A DNA stretch of 64,000 bases, from assembly GCA_030867685.1 (NCBI GenBank), contig JAQOWU010000008.1:4340001-4404000 (forward strand). The letters are read 5' to 3'. Positions 23,980-35,128 of this stretch are shown here, piece after piece (within the stretch, counting starts at the first letter, position 1; each line of letters begins with the position of its first letter). Both the position numbers and the translations under genes were made by a program. Under the pieces are notes generated by a model that saw nothing but the letters and a program-made list of their open reading frames with translations, was not told where the DNA came from and did no database searches. Source of the stretch: Wickerhamiella versatilis (taxonomy: Eukaryota).

Positions 23980-24506
23980 AAGTGGCGCAATATCATCTAT
24001 TTTTGCGGATAAGTGATTTTATTTTAACGCTCTGTAAGTTGTATAGCAGTTAAAGTTTTTAGGCAACATCGTGAATCGTGGGTTCGACAGCAAACACGAA
24101 CCAAACTGACAATGTCATAAAACACCTGATGCACACGGGCAGTGGTTCCTGGTGCGATTCATAGCGCAACTTGGCTATGGAATTAATAGGGTTGGGCAAT
24201 GGGTACGGATCTTTAAACCGTGCCCCTCCGGCATGACCCGGTTGCTAAAAAAAAGAAGCTCAATCAAGCGAGTAATGCTGTAAATACATAGAGTTGCATT
24301 CATATGCTTTTTGTTATCTTTATAGAACTGATTCTAAAGACACATGCGGCTCCGGTCCACCTCTGTGGGGCCATCATCATCCCTTAAGTGGCTTACTTTC
24401 TGCATAGATTTGCACGTTGAAACCTTACTAATACCAATTTTATAGGTAAAAGTAGAAAGATTGTCGCTGTAAAAATTCGGCAGATCTAGGAACCAGATAA
24501 TTCTCG

Positions 24507-26099
24507 ATGTCGCAACAGGAGAAAGGAAAGGAGGAGACATTTCAGAGTCCGAACGAACAATGGCCTTCAGGGCATACGTCAACGCAAAGCGAGGACATCG
24601 AACACCAAACCATCCCCTTGGAGGATCATCAGGAAAAGATTACCGAGCTGGATCTCGATAAAGAAACGGTCAGAACGACCAAAACTAGGGATACCGAGCC
24701 CAATACGCTAGTAACCATTGAGCCATGGGAGCCGCAGCATCCGCTGGCCTGGAGCACGCGTAAAAAAATCACCCATACCGTAGCATATGGCCTCACTACA
24801 TTCACCGCTCAGTTCTCGGCATCCGTAATATCGCCGGCCGAACATCAGCTCGCAGAGCAGTTCTCAGTCGGTCGTGAAGTAGGCGTGCTTTGTTTTATAA
24901 TGTTCATTGCTGGAAACATTTTGGGGCCTATGATATTCGGCCCATTGAGCGAGGTTTATGGACGGAAACCGAGTGTATTTATTCCTAATTTTATATCGGG
25001 TATTCTCATGATTGTTTGCGCAAACGTTTCGAGTATCTGGGCACTGCTGGTATTCCGGTTTGTCGCTGGTATATTTGCAGCAGCCCCCATTGTGAGTTCT
25101 GGGGGCGCAATGGCAGATTTATGGGACCCAACTCAGCGGGGTGCGGCAATCATTCTGTACGCCCTGTGTATAACGACGGCGAGTTCTGCCGCACCAATAT
25201 TTGGCGCGTTATGCATCGACTCGGGCTCGTATGGCTGGCGGTGGGCATGCTGGCTCGGCTCGTTTCTGCAAATTATTGTGTCTGGGCTGAATATGTTGTT
25301 CTTGTCGGAGTCGTACCGACCGGTGATAGAGGCTCGACAGGTCCGGCGTATGCGGCAGTCAACGGGCAAATGGGGCCTGCACTGCATCCACGATGAGTGG
25401 GCGCTGACCCCGCAGGAGTTTTTCCAGATCCACCTGCGGCGGCCAATTCTGATGTTCCTGACGCCAATCCTCGCTCTTATGATGTCTTATGGATCTTTTG
25501 TGTATGGGTTGCTATTCTTGCTCATTGAGACAACGGGAGAGCAGTTTCAGGGTTACCACGGGTTCTACTTCACGACATCCTTTGTTCCACTGATTTGTAC
25601 GGCTATCGGATTTTTCTTTGGCGGAATGATCAACATCTGGAACTCAAGTCGGTATGCAGGGATATCGCGGCGAATCGGGGGCAGGCCGAACCCCGAGGAG
25701 CGGCTCATCCCTATGATGTACTTCTCGTGGGCGCTACCAGGTGGCTGCTTTATGTACGGATGGACTATTTGGGCACAAAGCCACTGGATTGGTACGTGCT
25801 TTGGGCTATTTCTTGTCGGATTTTCACTATGTATTTGTTTCCAAGGGGCGCTGGTATACATGGTGGACTGCTATACGAAATATGCCGCATCTGCCATCGC
25901 TGGCTATACCGTTATGCGGAGTGTATACGGTGCGGTCTTTCCTCTGTTTGCCAGCCAGATGTTCAGTGCAATGGGACCACACTGGGCAAGTAGTCTGCTT
26001 GGTTTTGTGGGTATAGCGCTCATGCCCATCCCATGGATATTCTATTTCTTCGGACCACGAATTCGGATGCACGATCCCTTCCGCAAGGAACTTACTTAG
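24507..26099 (+). CDS. MFS drug:H+ antiporter, DHA1 family
   Basis: HPLAWS, GPLSEVYGRK, WRW, PEERLIPM, YAASAIAG. Paralog of 8479-10077. Confidence 0.92.
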   Translation: MSQQEKGKEETFQSPNEQWPSGHTSTQSEDIEHQTIPLEDHQEKITELDLDKETVRTTKTRDTEPNTLVTIEPWEPQHPLAWSTRKKITHTVAYGLTTFTAQFSASVISPAEHQLAEQFSVGREVGVLCFIMFIAGNILGPMIFGPLSEVYGRKPSVFIPNFISGILMIVCANVSSIWALLVFRFVAGIFAAAPIVSSGGAMADLWDPTQRGAAIILYALCITTASSAAPIFGALCIDSGSYGWRWACWLGSFLQIIVSGLNMLFLSESYRPVIEARQVRRMRQSTGKWGLHCIHDEWALTPQEFFQIHLRRPILMFLTPILALMMSYGSFVYGLLFLLIETTGEQFQGYHGFYFTTSFVPLICTAIGFFFGGMINIWNSSRYAGISRRIGGRPNPEERLIPMMYFSWALPGGCFMYGWTIWAQSHWIGTCFGLFLVGFSLCICFQGALVYMVDCYTKYAASAIAGYTVMRSVYGAVFPLFASQMFSAMGPHWASSLLGFVGIALMPIPWIFYFFGPRIRMHDPFRKELT

Positions 26100-26315
26100 G
26101 CAATTATAATTCATTTATTTATTTAGATAGCGATGGTGAATTCTGAACGATTAGTATGATGTGGGACCAATGGATGGTGGGCATAGGTGCTATGATGAGA
26201 GTGCGTATATAAGGCCAGAATGGTCAGATTCAGATTATACTTGCCATAATCAGTTTAAAAGGAGATTTTAAGGGAGAAGAATTTTCACAAGGAAAGGAAG
26301 TCGGGTGGGCTATCA

Positions 26316-26355
26316 CTGTCACGTGACAGGGACAAAACAACACGTGCAGCACGTG
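26316..26355. promoter_or_regulatory. Three CACGTG E-boxes, one inside the perfect palindrome CTGTCACGTGACAG (Cbf1-like), upstream of GDT1
   Basis: 14-bp palindrome at 26316-26329 and further CACGTG at 26341 and 26350. Confidence 0.5.
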
Positions 26356-26411
26356 CGTTCAAATCAATCAAGGGTATCAAGGCCCACTACCGTGATTATT
26401 GTGAAGAACAA

Positions 26412-27533
26412 ATGCACGCGAGCTATTCAATTTATAGTTTTGGACTTTTAGGACTAGCCCATGCGCCAGGAATTCTTTCAGAATCACAGGTGGCCCCAGC
26501 GGCGACGTCCCCCGCTGGAATGGAGCAAGTCTCCGCCTATGATAAGGTACTTCGACATAAAGATACTCAAATGAAGGCCACAGCGATCCCTAAAGTAGGA
26601 AATCCACAAACTGTGACCATTCAGGACCATGGCAAGATGAACGATGCCGTTAACAATTTACAGGGAGAGCAATATGCTGAGGAGATCGTATTAAATCGTG
26701 ACACAGAGTCCAGAACTCACAAAAAACATGGTAAAGGTAGACATTCTCATGAAAAAAGCGGAAAATACGGCGAATACGATGACATGGAAGGTCTATCAGG
26801 GCAAACCAGTGATCATGAAACGGAATCACAGGTGCATCAGCCAAAACTTAGTCGGTGTCTCGCAGTCTCAGCTATGATAGTGGTGAGCGAGGTGGGAGAC
26901 AAGACGTTTTTTATTTCTGCTCTTATGGCAATGAGAAGCTCACCATGGCTTGTGTTTAGTGCCAGCATAGCACCCCTGGCTATCATGCACACGTTATCAA
27001 CATTTCTCGGGTTGGTGCTGCCTAGCATTCTCTCTCCAAAAAAGACCTTACTTCTTGCAACAGTGCTATTCTTGGTATTTGGACTAAAAATGATGGTCGA
27101 GGCACTTAGAATGAAAGTCGGCGATTTGAGCAATGAGGAGATGGAGGAGGTTGAGCATGAGATAGAGATCCAGGACTCAAATAGAATAATGGAAAAAACA
27201 GAAAAACAGTCGAATGAGTCAAGCATGTCGGGTGATAGATTCAGATTCTCGTCTGTGGTCTCCCCAATGTGGATCCAAATCTTTGTGATGATATTTCTTG
27301 CTGAGTGGGGTGACAGGTCGCAGATAGCAACGATTGCCTTAGGTGCCAGCACACATATTCGAGATGTTCTTTTGGGTGGAATTGTAGGTCATGCAATATG
27401 CTCTACCCTTGCTGTGGTTGGTGGGTCGCTGCTTGCAACAAAACTATCACCTCGCACTATTACGTTCTGTGGGGCAACTTGTTTTTTGGCATTTTCAGTT
27501 CTTTACTTTCTAGACTGGAAAAAGGAATGTTAG
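26412..27533 (+). CDS. GDT1: GDT1/TMEM165 (UPF0016) Golgi Ca2+/Mn2+:H+ antiporter
   Basis: Both family motifs are present: SEVGDKTF and AEWGDRSQIAT. Confidence 0.92.
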   Translation: MHASYSIYSFGLLGLAHAPGILSESQVAPAATSPAGMEQVSAYDKVLRHKDTQMKATAIPKVGNPQTVTIQDHGKMNDAVNNLQGEQYAEEIVLNRDTESRTHKKHGKGRHSHEKSGKYGEYDDMEGLSGQTSDHETESQVHQPKLSRCLAVSAMIVVSEVGDKTFFISALMAMRSSPWLVFSASIAPLAIMHTLSTFLGLVLPSILSPKKTLLLATVLFLVFGLKMMVEALRMKVGDLSNEEMEEVEHEIEIQDSNRIMEKTEKQSNESSMSGDRFRFSSVVSPMWIQIFVMIFLAEWGDRSQIATIALGASTHIRDVLLGGIVGHAICSTLAVVGGSLLATKLSPRTITFCGATCFLAFSVLYFLDWKKEC

Positions 27534-28206
27534 AATTCGAAATGTACCTAAAAATGGCAAAACGAACCTGCATGATATCAAAAGAGCAGTTATTTCCAAT
27601 CCGCATTTTTCTATGGTCAGCTAATTACATCCCTGAATCTGTTACAGAGCAATACCTGCTAAAAATGGGACTTCCTCGTTAGACGTTCTTGAATCCTGCA
27701 CAGCCAATTATGATCACACTAACTTAATTTATCAGCACCAACTCAATAAGATGTTAGAAAGTAATTTGAGGGAAAATAAAACGAAATATACCAGAAAGAA
27801 ATACACTGATATACATTTAAAGCCCAACTGATTCTTCCCCAAAGTATTGTGGAAGTATCAAGCGTCGCCAACTTTCCCAGATGGTAACCCCCGGGAATAT
27901 TCCGACTGAGCGATATTATTACTCACCGGATAGGGCGAGGGCAGATATTATCACCCTGTGTTCTGAATCAGGACGGGTTTATCCTGGCTTTATCGTGTTG
28001 TGTATATCATGCCAAGGGACAAAGTGTCGGAAAATGAGAGAAAAGAGATCCCGGGCTCCATTTGGATCAACAACTCAAACAATGCTTCTCAAGAAACTGA
28101 TGAGGGGAGCTCTTCTTTAAAAAAAGCACATAAGTTCCTCCATACGGTGGCATGTGGGTCCTCACCTTCTGAAAACAACTTTAATCTACACTTTGGCCAT
28201 TGGTGG

Positions 28207-28565
28207 GATTGAATTGACCGTACAAACCGGGGTGTACTGGGGTGTACCGGGGTGAATTTACTGATTTCTATCCAATATATACTTTCAGCCTACGTGCGAC
28301 ATTGGTAGGCTGTAAAGGTTTTCACTTCACGTCTAGAAAAAGAGAAAAAACACTAACAGCTCACATTATTCTGTAATGCGCCGCGCTACATGCTCTGATT
28401 GAACTGACCGGGGTGTAGTGGGGTGAATTAACTGAATTCTATTCGATATGTACTTTCAGCCTACATGTGACGTTGGTAGGCTGTAAAGGTTTTCACTTCA
28501 CATCTAGAAAAAGATAAAAAACACTGACAGCGCATTATTCTGTAACGCGACGCGCTACATGCTCC
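28207..28565. repeat. Tandem direct duplication of about 190 bp and 169 bp with an internal hairpin
   Basis: Copy 1 at 28207-28396 and copy 2 at 28397-28565. Both run GATTGAA.TGACC...GGGGTG...CAGCCTAC-N11-GTAGGCTG...CGCGCTACATGCTC. Confidence 0.92.
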
Positions 28566-28612
28566 TAATTCTTTCTTTCTTTATTAAAATATAAAAAACA
28601 TGCCTTAGTGTA

Positions 28613-28651
28613 ATATTATTATTATTATTATTATTCTTATTATTATTATTA
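28613..28651. repeat. (ATT)n microsatellite
   Basis: attattatt... run with one interruption. Confidence 0.9.
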
Positions 28652-28758
28652 CTGCTAACTCGATACATCATCCCAGTAAAATCTGCTGTGGTGTAGTTTT
28701 AGCCATTTGGATTGGCAAGTAACATCTATTATCAATAGTCACATAATGTCGGACGACC

Positions 28759-29886
28759 TTAAAGACCACCACTTCCGATGACTCGGATGGAACTACCCGA
28801 ACCGTATTTAGCCTGAGCAATTCCTGCCTGCTTGTTGTCCAAATCGTAAACAACATAGGCTGAACGAAGGAATGTGTCTCCTAGGATAACCTGGTTCTCG
28901 GTTTGACTGGCAGGTGCGAGGCCAAACACCTTTGTGCCGCTTTCTTCAACAATGAGTTCAGAGGCAGGCACAGTGATTTTAGTGCCTGAGAAGTCAAATT
29001 CAACGTCAACGCCGTCGCTATCACCATGAATGATATACAAACCTTGGAAGAAGTCGTAGCTAGCTCCAAACTCCTTAGCAAGGCTTGAAACTAGAGAGTC
29101 GTCGAGATAAGTCAAGCTGGTACCACTGTCAAGGACGCCATTTGCAGACTGGCCATTGACTGAGAAATCAACGTTGAAAGACCGGTCACTTGTGAAAGGA
29201 ACCTTGCCCAACGAGCCCTCATAACGAGAGTCATCAACAGCACCAAGGAGGAAAACCCCAGTGTCGGAGTTAACATCATCAAGATAAAGAGAGTAAAGTG
29301 CCGAGGAAATTATGCTTTGCTTCTTAAGAGCATATGGCAAGTTGTCGTATGTGGACCCATCGGTAGTTGCCTCGGTAGACTTGAATCCGACGCCAAACAC
29401 AGTATCGTCCAGATTCTCATAATTATCAGTTACGGCGAACTGCAAGTCAAAGTCAATACCACCCCAAGATACTTTGTCAGTGTAATAATCGCCATTTGCA
29501 CCCGATCCATCTACATACATGATGCTGAAATCATCAGACACGTACTTGCTCGAAGAACTGCTGCTCGAGTCGTACTGATATTTAGCCTGAGAAACCTTTG
29601 AGCTATACACCCACAAGTCGGATGATCCGGTGTCAAGAGCGCTGGTGAAACTCTGGCCTGGCGAGCCCAAGTCGAAAGACACCAAGTACTGGAACACTTT
29701 ATTAGTTAGGGTTTCCGAAGCACCTCCGTTAGATGACTTCACAATAGCGTGACGGTGCAGTGGCGAACTAGGAGCAGTTGTGTTAGTACGATGGCGCTGG
29801 AAGCCTGCAGATAGATAGCCCTGGCCACTAGTAGGTGCACCTAATACATAGGCAGAAAGCAGTAGAAATGCTGAAGTTATCTTCAT
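28759..29886 (-). CDS. Secreted pepsin-like aspartic protease (Sap/yapsin-like, no GPI tail)
   Basis: Signal peptide, catalytic LDTGSSDLWV and LDSGTSLTY, and ILGDTFLRSAYVVYDLDN. Confidence 0.95.
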   Translation of the reverse strand: MKITSAFLLLSAYVLGAPTSGQGYLSAGFQRHRTNTTAPSSPLHRHAIVKSSNGGASETLTNKVFQYLVSFDLGSPGQSFTSALDTGSSDLWVYSSKVSQAKYQYDSSSSSSSKYVSDDFSIMYVDGSGANGDYYTDKVSWGGIDFDLQFAVTDNYENLDDTVFGVGFKSTEATTDGSTYDNLPYALKKQSIISSALYSLYLDDVNSDTGVFLLGAVDDSRYEGSLGKVPFTSDRSFNVDFSVNGQSANGVLDSGTSLTYLDDSLVSSLAKEFGASYDFFQGLYIIHGDSDGVDVEFDFSGTKITVPASELIVEESGTKVFGLAPASQTENQVILGDTFLRSAYVVYDLDNKQAGIAQAKYGSGSSIRVIGSGGL

Positions 29887-31377
29887 TTTTGATATTTTAG
29901 ATGTAGTATACCCTGGTATTGTACCATATATATACCCATTAGTCTGGTTAGGGCTATAGGTGTGATCTTCGGGTCATGTATCTCTCGTGATAGTCTAATG
30001 CTCCCATAATGGTGGGGTCTCGAGCGATTAGTACACCGATGCGTTCGAATCTTGAACGAATAAACGTATCTAAATAATTCAAATTGTATAGTAATAAACC
30101 GAGAGGTATTTAGCACTAGGAGCTGCTCAGAACTAGGGACTACTATGTGGGTAGGGGTGAAGATCTGCAAATGATAAACGATTGCGTATTCGACAATGGT
30201 TATTTGACATATGACGAAAGAATGGGCATGTCCTAATCAGCTATTTAGAGCAGAAGAGACGATTTTAGCTTTATTGCTATCATCGAGAATCCGCTTTTAT
30301 GCTTTATCTGGACCTTTGAATAACTTGTCGAATTAGCATCCGGGAAATTGTTATGTGATTTGCTAATCGTGATCGCATTAGTGATTTGCATGCCGTAATT
30401 TAGAGATTGGAGTAGTGATGTCTTATTATTGCGACGCATCACTCATATCCCGATTCAGTTAGAATTTTCCTTTCGCTTGTTCCATGGCGATCGCACCTTA
30501 AGACATATGGTATCATTTAGAGGGTAAGGGGCGGGTACCTCCGGGTTAATGCCGGCTGACTTATACTCTAATCGGTTAAGTTTAATGAGAAGAATATCCT
30601 CATTTGTCAATGCTTTAGACGGTTTGTTTCCTCGATTCCTATGATACCCGTCTGCTAATTATGATTTGCGCGTGTGGCCGATATATCTGGCGATGCCTTT
30701 GATTGGTAATAAACTAGTTAAGATTGTCGTGATTTTGGGATGTCTGCTGATGTACTATTGCCTAATTTTTGTGAAGACACAGTGCTTTCTCATTAAGCAT
30801 TGTATGTCCTGGGCATTTCAACTTAGTGAAAAATAAGTCATCATGATATAGTAAGGGCAAGATTGGATTGCAAAAACCGAAGATGAAGTTACGTGCGAGG
30901 AATAAATGTTCATGATGATCTATCAAAAAATTATTTTCAAATTGAAAAATATAGTATATTCCTCAGAGGGCCTGAAATTAACCACGGTCACAATTTCTTT
31001 TTTAGAAGTATTATTTAAGCATTTATTAATTTTATTGTAAGTGCATAAATTCTAATAAGAGAATTTGAGTATCATGAAGTGTTTTTTTACCTCTAGATAT
31101 CAGTACATGAGAGGCTCTGTACTTATTCATTCAAATATTGTCATTCAAATATTGTTCGATAAAACTCTATATTCGCTTGATATGTACGCCAGGCCATTCT
31201 CACCGTGCCAGTATTTGTCACCTTAGTTTATATGATGATAATCGATAACCCGGACTTGTTTTGTTCTGTAACAAAATTGAGTGTTGTCCGTAGACATTTT
31301 TTCTACATATATATATTTCTTATTGCTAACTACTTAGATACGATGATTTCTTAGACTGAAAGAACGTTAAAGATTGA

Positions 31378-32544
31378 CTATGATGAGATCGTGTGAGATG
31401 GACTAGGACCAGATGGGGCAGAAACAAAAGGAGGATGTCCGGATGGTAGGACACCAGATAAAGGTAGAGCTGATAGGGGGCTACCAGAAGGTAGTAAGCC
31501 GGGGGCTCCACGCTTTTTGAGTTGTGCAGCTGTCACTGAACGAGAAGTGATGAAATCCGAAGGAATTGGGCCAGAGGGAATTGGATCGGAAGGGATTGGA
31601 CCAGAAGGAATAGGACCCGATGGAACAGGAATCGATAGAGGTTGTCCAGAAGCAGCACGCTTCTTGAATTTAGCCTCTGAAGTTGGACCGGAAGGAATTG
31701 GACCGGAAGGAATTGGACCGGAAGGAATTGGACCGGAAGGAATAGGACCGGATGGAATAGGACCCGAGGGAGGCGGACCAGGTAGTGGAGAGCCAGAAAC
31801 CTCACGCTTCTTGACTTCAGCAGCTGGGATTGAGCCAGAAGGAGGGGGACCCGAAGGGATGGGGCCAGGTGGTGGAGAGCCAGAAGCATCACGCTTCTTG
31901 AATTTAGCCTCTGAAGTTGGACCGGAAGGAATTGGACCGGAAGGAATTGGACCGGAAGGAATTGGACCGGAAGGAATTGGACCGGAAGGAATAGGACCGG
32001 ATGGAATAGGACCCGAGGGAGGCGGACCAGGTGGTGGAGAGCCAGAAGCATCACGCTTCTTGAATTTAGCCTCTGAAGTTGGACCAGAAGGAATTGAGCC
32101 AGAAGGAATGGGACCCGAGGGAGGCGGACCAGGTGGTGGAGAGCCAGAAACCTCACGCTTCTTGACTTCAGCAGCTGGGATTGAACCAGAAGGAGGGGGA
32201 CCCAAAGGGATGGGGCCAGAAGGAATTGAGCCAGAAGGAATGGGACCCGAAGGGATGGGACCAGGTGGTGGAGAGCCAGAAACCTCACGCTTCTTGACTT
32301 CAGCAGCTGGGATTGAACCAGAAGGAGGGGGACCCGAAGGGATGGGGCCAGAAGGAATGGGACCAGATGGAACAGGACCAAATAAAGGAGGGCCAGAAGT
32401 ATCTCGCTTGCTAAGTTCAGCAGCTGGGGCTAAACTAGATAAAGCAGCACCAGGTATAGAAGCGTATGAAGGCACAGGTCTACTGGGATCTGTAGCTGGA
32501 GCTGCGTATGTGAGACTGAGCAAATAAAGATATGAAAACAACAT
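31378..32544 (-). CDS. Secreted Pro/Ser/Gly-rich repeat protein with 8 Kex2 (KR) sites; Kex2-processed repeat protein precursor
   Basis: Signal peptide MLFSYLYLLSLTYA and (PSGPI)n blocks separated by AAEVKKR/EAKFKKR. TATA-like TATAAA lies just upstream on the minus strand. Confidence 0.85.
   Translation of the reverse strand: MLFSYLYLLSLTYAAPATDPSRPVPSYASIPGAALSSLAPAAELSKRDTSGPPLFGPVPSGPIPSGPIPSGPPPSGSIPAAEVKKREVSGSPPPGPIPSGPIPSGSIPSGPIPLGPPPSGSIPAAEVKKREVSGSPPPGPPPSGPIPSGSIPSGPTSEAKFKKRDASGSPPPGPPPSGPIPSGPIPSGPIPSGPIPSGPIPSGPIPSGPTSEAKFKKRDASGSPPPGPIPSGPPPSGSIPAAEVKKREVSGSPLPGPPPSGPIPSGPIPSGPIPSGPIPSGPIPSGPTSEAKFKKRAASGQPLSIPVPSGPIPSGPIPSDPIPSGPIPSDFITSRSVTAAQLKKRGAPGLLPSGSPLSALPLSGVLPSGHPPFVSAPSGPSPSHTISS
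31560..32395. repeat. Coding 15-bp minisatellite (GGACCGGAAGGAATT) nested in higher-order ~90-160 bp units
   Basis: Perfect 15-bp arrays at about 31685-31740 and 31919-31990, with repeated CACGCTTCTTGA spacers. Confidence 0.9.
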
Positions 32545-33277
32545 GACGAGTAAAGGGATATACCGGCATTATTTATAGTTAAAATTACTCTCCAATTGCT
32601 GCTGAGCCTTCACACCTAGCCAAACCCTATGCCTCAAGGAGTTTGATATCGTGCATGCAGCAGTGCTTGCAAAGAATCACTCTGTATTCACAAGTCATCA
32701 GAAGTTGATTAAAGAAACCTAATTATCTTATTGAATGTGAAATATGCTTCGCTAGAGCCATAATAGGCATATTCAATTTACTGTATTGCGTAATTAGTTA
32801 CTTTTCTTAACAACGAAACCTCGGTCTCGTAGGGGCTACGTAAGAAATATTCTCGGTATATTTCAAGAGTTGTTTTTAAAGAGCTGTTCTGCTACAATTC
32901 TAAGGCTTTTGGCGGACATCATGCAAAGTAGAGGCTCAGCACTGTGAATATATAGTTACTAATCGGAATTATTTTCCGTCAACTGTCACGTAGCAGGTCG
33001 GGATGTGGAAATAGTCGACCTTTTCCGTTTGACATCCTTTTTAGAAACATTAATTAATTATGTATTAAAACGATCCATGAATCTGTGAACGTTTATAGTT
33101 ATTTTCCTTGGATATTCTGTGCATAAGAGTCAAGCGAACCTATGACGCGAGAATTGGATAATCTTTATCTGTAACAGCATTTTGTCCTTATGACGAAATT
33201 TAGCATGCAGCTATGAGTTGAGCCTCCTTCAGGACTATATCCGATGTTAATAAGCGGATGTATTCCATTATTTTGAA

Positions 33278-35128
33278 ATGGGTCGTGTAGGAAAATCGAA
33301 ACACACAGCTATAGCTTGTACTAGTTGCAGGAGACGCAAAATCAGATGTGATTCACAAAGACCGAAGTGCGAGAACTGTATTAGCTCCACCGAGATTTGT
33401 GAATACAGAGAAATTCCTCGTCAGTCTATACCAGCAACATCACTTTCTGCCGTGTATCAGCGCCTCAGTGCACTAGAAGAGAAAGTAAGCTTACTTTCAG
33501 AGCCCGCTAAGGAGCCTAGGTCCATGGTGAAACCTATATCTTCCTGGATGGACACAGAAAAGAAGCCTGCATTTATGGCTGAGGAACCAAATGAGAAGAA
33601 AAGTAAAGAGCTTTTGATCCCTTTTCGTGACATGCCTCCGTCAAATCCTACTTTCAATGATCGCTTAGCTGACTTTAAAGCACAAGTGAATGGAGAGAAA
33701 GAGTATAGTAACATGATGTACACTTCAGGCTTGTTCTTCATAATCCTAGGACCAACTGAAATTGAAAAAATTTCTATACGACTTTACGATTCGCATTTGA
33801 TGGAGTACCTGGAATACGTCTCTTATACCATCTGGCTCAAAACTCAATCGCTTCATGCACAACTAGTTCATCCGCTTTGGCAATCTCTACCACAGGGTAG
33901 CTTTTTAGATCAATGTAAGGAAGTTTTTGCAGAAAATTTTGCATTCTATCCCCTAATCACCCTGAAAGACATTGAGAAAGGTGTGTTTTCTGAAATTCCG
34001 GGACAACAGGAACAATGCCAGAATGCCATGAATGCCGCTATAATTATCATAGGATGCATCAAAATGAGAGAAAATAAAGAATTTGAGATGTTTCCAAAGT
34101 CTTTTCTTGATACTCAGGAAACTCTCGCCTATTACCATGCCATCAAGATTCTGAGCTTGATCAAGTTTTCGCCTCCCTCTTTTTGCTTATTGCGTATCTC
34201 AGCTTTTTTGTGGAGGCTGCTTTATGATAACACTGCGACTCCATCATTACAGTTATTGCTACGTTCCATTCTTGACATGGCTAGAGCTGTTGGCTTAAAT
34301 GAATTGGGGCGGTCTCCGCATTCTTGTTCGCCGCAACCACCAGATATAAAGCAGCGAATACAGACCTCATGTGTGTTGGTTAGTTTTCAACACTCTATCA
34401 GCATATCACTATCCTTAAAACCTTATGACTGGAAGCTGGACACACAGGCACTCTTGAATGGGTTAACCTGCCCTGAAGAAGTTGAAATATACAAACATGT
34501 GTTCAAGTTGCACCAAGTATATAGCAAGACTCATCATTTGCTTTTCTCACTTCCTATTCGCAGAGCTCCTATTCAAGAAATTCATCATCTTGTGGTGGAA
34601 TTAGGACGAGAGCTTGCTGAATGGGAGGAGAATGGACCGGAAGGGATGTGGAATCATGACAATTCTTCCAGTGAGATCAAATTTACATATTTTTGCCCAC
34701 AGTACGAGGTTCACTGTGAATACTATCATACTTTGATTGCAATTCATTCTGTATCAGCTTTCAACCCAGAGTGCTTTCCCGATCAGTCTCAGATGTCTTT
34801 GAACAAAGTGACTCAAGCCGCAAGACAACTACTTAATGTATGTTTAAGTGCTCAAAAAGTGAAGAGTGGTCTTACTTTACTAGAAAGCAGCGCTGTGACT
34901 GCGGCACTTTGTGTATTTCTGTATAAGCAAATATGCTTTCCTGGGGAACAATCTCTTTTTGCAGATATGGGATACATCCGTGACTTTATGAGTAAATTCT
35001 CAGATTTAAGCTTGTGGCCTGGAGAAGATTCTGAGATCCCTACAGTGGAAATTTGGAGAACTTTAGTTCAAATTATGAATCGTGTTTCAAATGCGGAGCA
35101 GGAGAGAGCGAGGCTTTCTGGTATTTAA
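33278..35128 (+). CDS. Zn(II)2Cys6 fungal transcription factor, paralog of 14437-16290
   Basis: ACTSCRRRKIRCDSQRPKCENCISSTEIC. Shares PTFNDRL, LIAIHS and LYKQ.C.P with the other TF. Confidence 0.93.
   Translation: MGRVGKSKHTAIACTSCRRRKIRCDSQRPKCENCISSTEICEYREIPRQSIPATSLSAVYQRLSALEEKVSLLSEPAKEPRSMVKPISSWMDTEKKPAFMAEEPNEKKSKELLIPFRDMPPSNPTFNDRLADFKAQVNGEKEYSNMMYTSGLFFIILGPTEIEKISIRLYDSHLMEYLEYVSYTIWLKTQSLHAQLVHPLWQSLPQGSFLDQCKEVFAENFAFYPLITLKDIEKGVFSEIPGQQEQCQNAMNAAIIIIGCIKMRENKEFEMFPKSFLDTQETLAYYHAIKILSLIKFSPPSFCLLRISAFLWRLLYDNTATPSLQLLLRSILDMARAVGLNELGRSPHSCSPQPPDIKQRIQTSCVLVSFQHSISISLSLKPYDWKLDTQALLNGLTCPEEVEIYKHVFKLHQVYSKTHHLLFSLPIRRAPIQEIHHLVVELGRELAEWEENGPEGMWNHDNSSSEIKFTYFCPQYEVHCEYYHTLIAIHSVSAFNPECFPDQSQMSLNKVTQAARQLLNVCLSAQKVKSGLTLLESSAVTAALCVFLYKQICFPGEQSLFADMGYIRDFMSKFSDLSLWPGEDSEIPTVEIWRTLVQIMNRVSNAEQERARLSGI

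Noticed and set aside
28226-28256. Telomeric repeat (GGTGTAC core)
   Set aside because: Only 2-3 imperfect internal units, and the host telomere sequence is unknown.
31517-32527. Long antisense (GPEGI)n ORF and alternative-frame ORF 31533-32381
   Set aside because: These are shadows of the 15-bp coding repeat. Only the 31378-32544 frame has a signal peptide and Kex2 sites.
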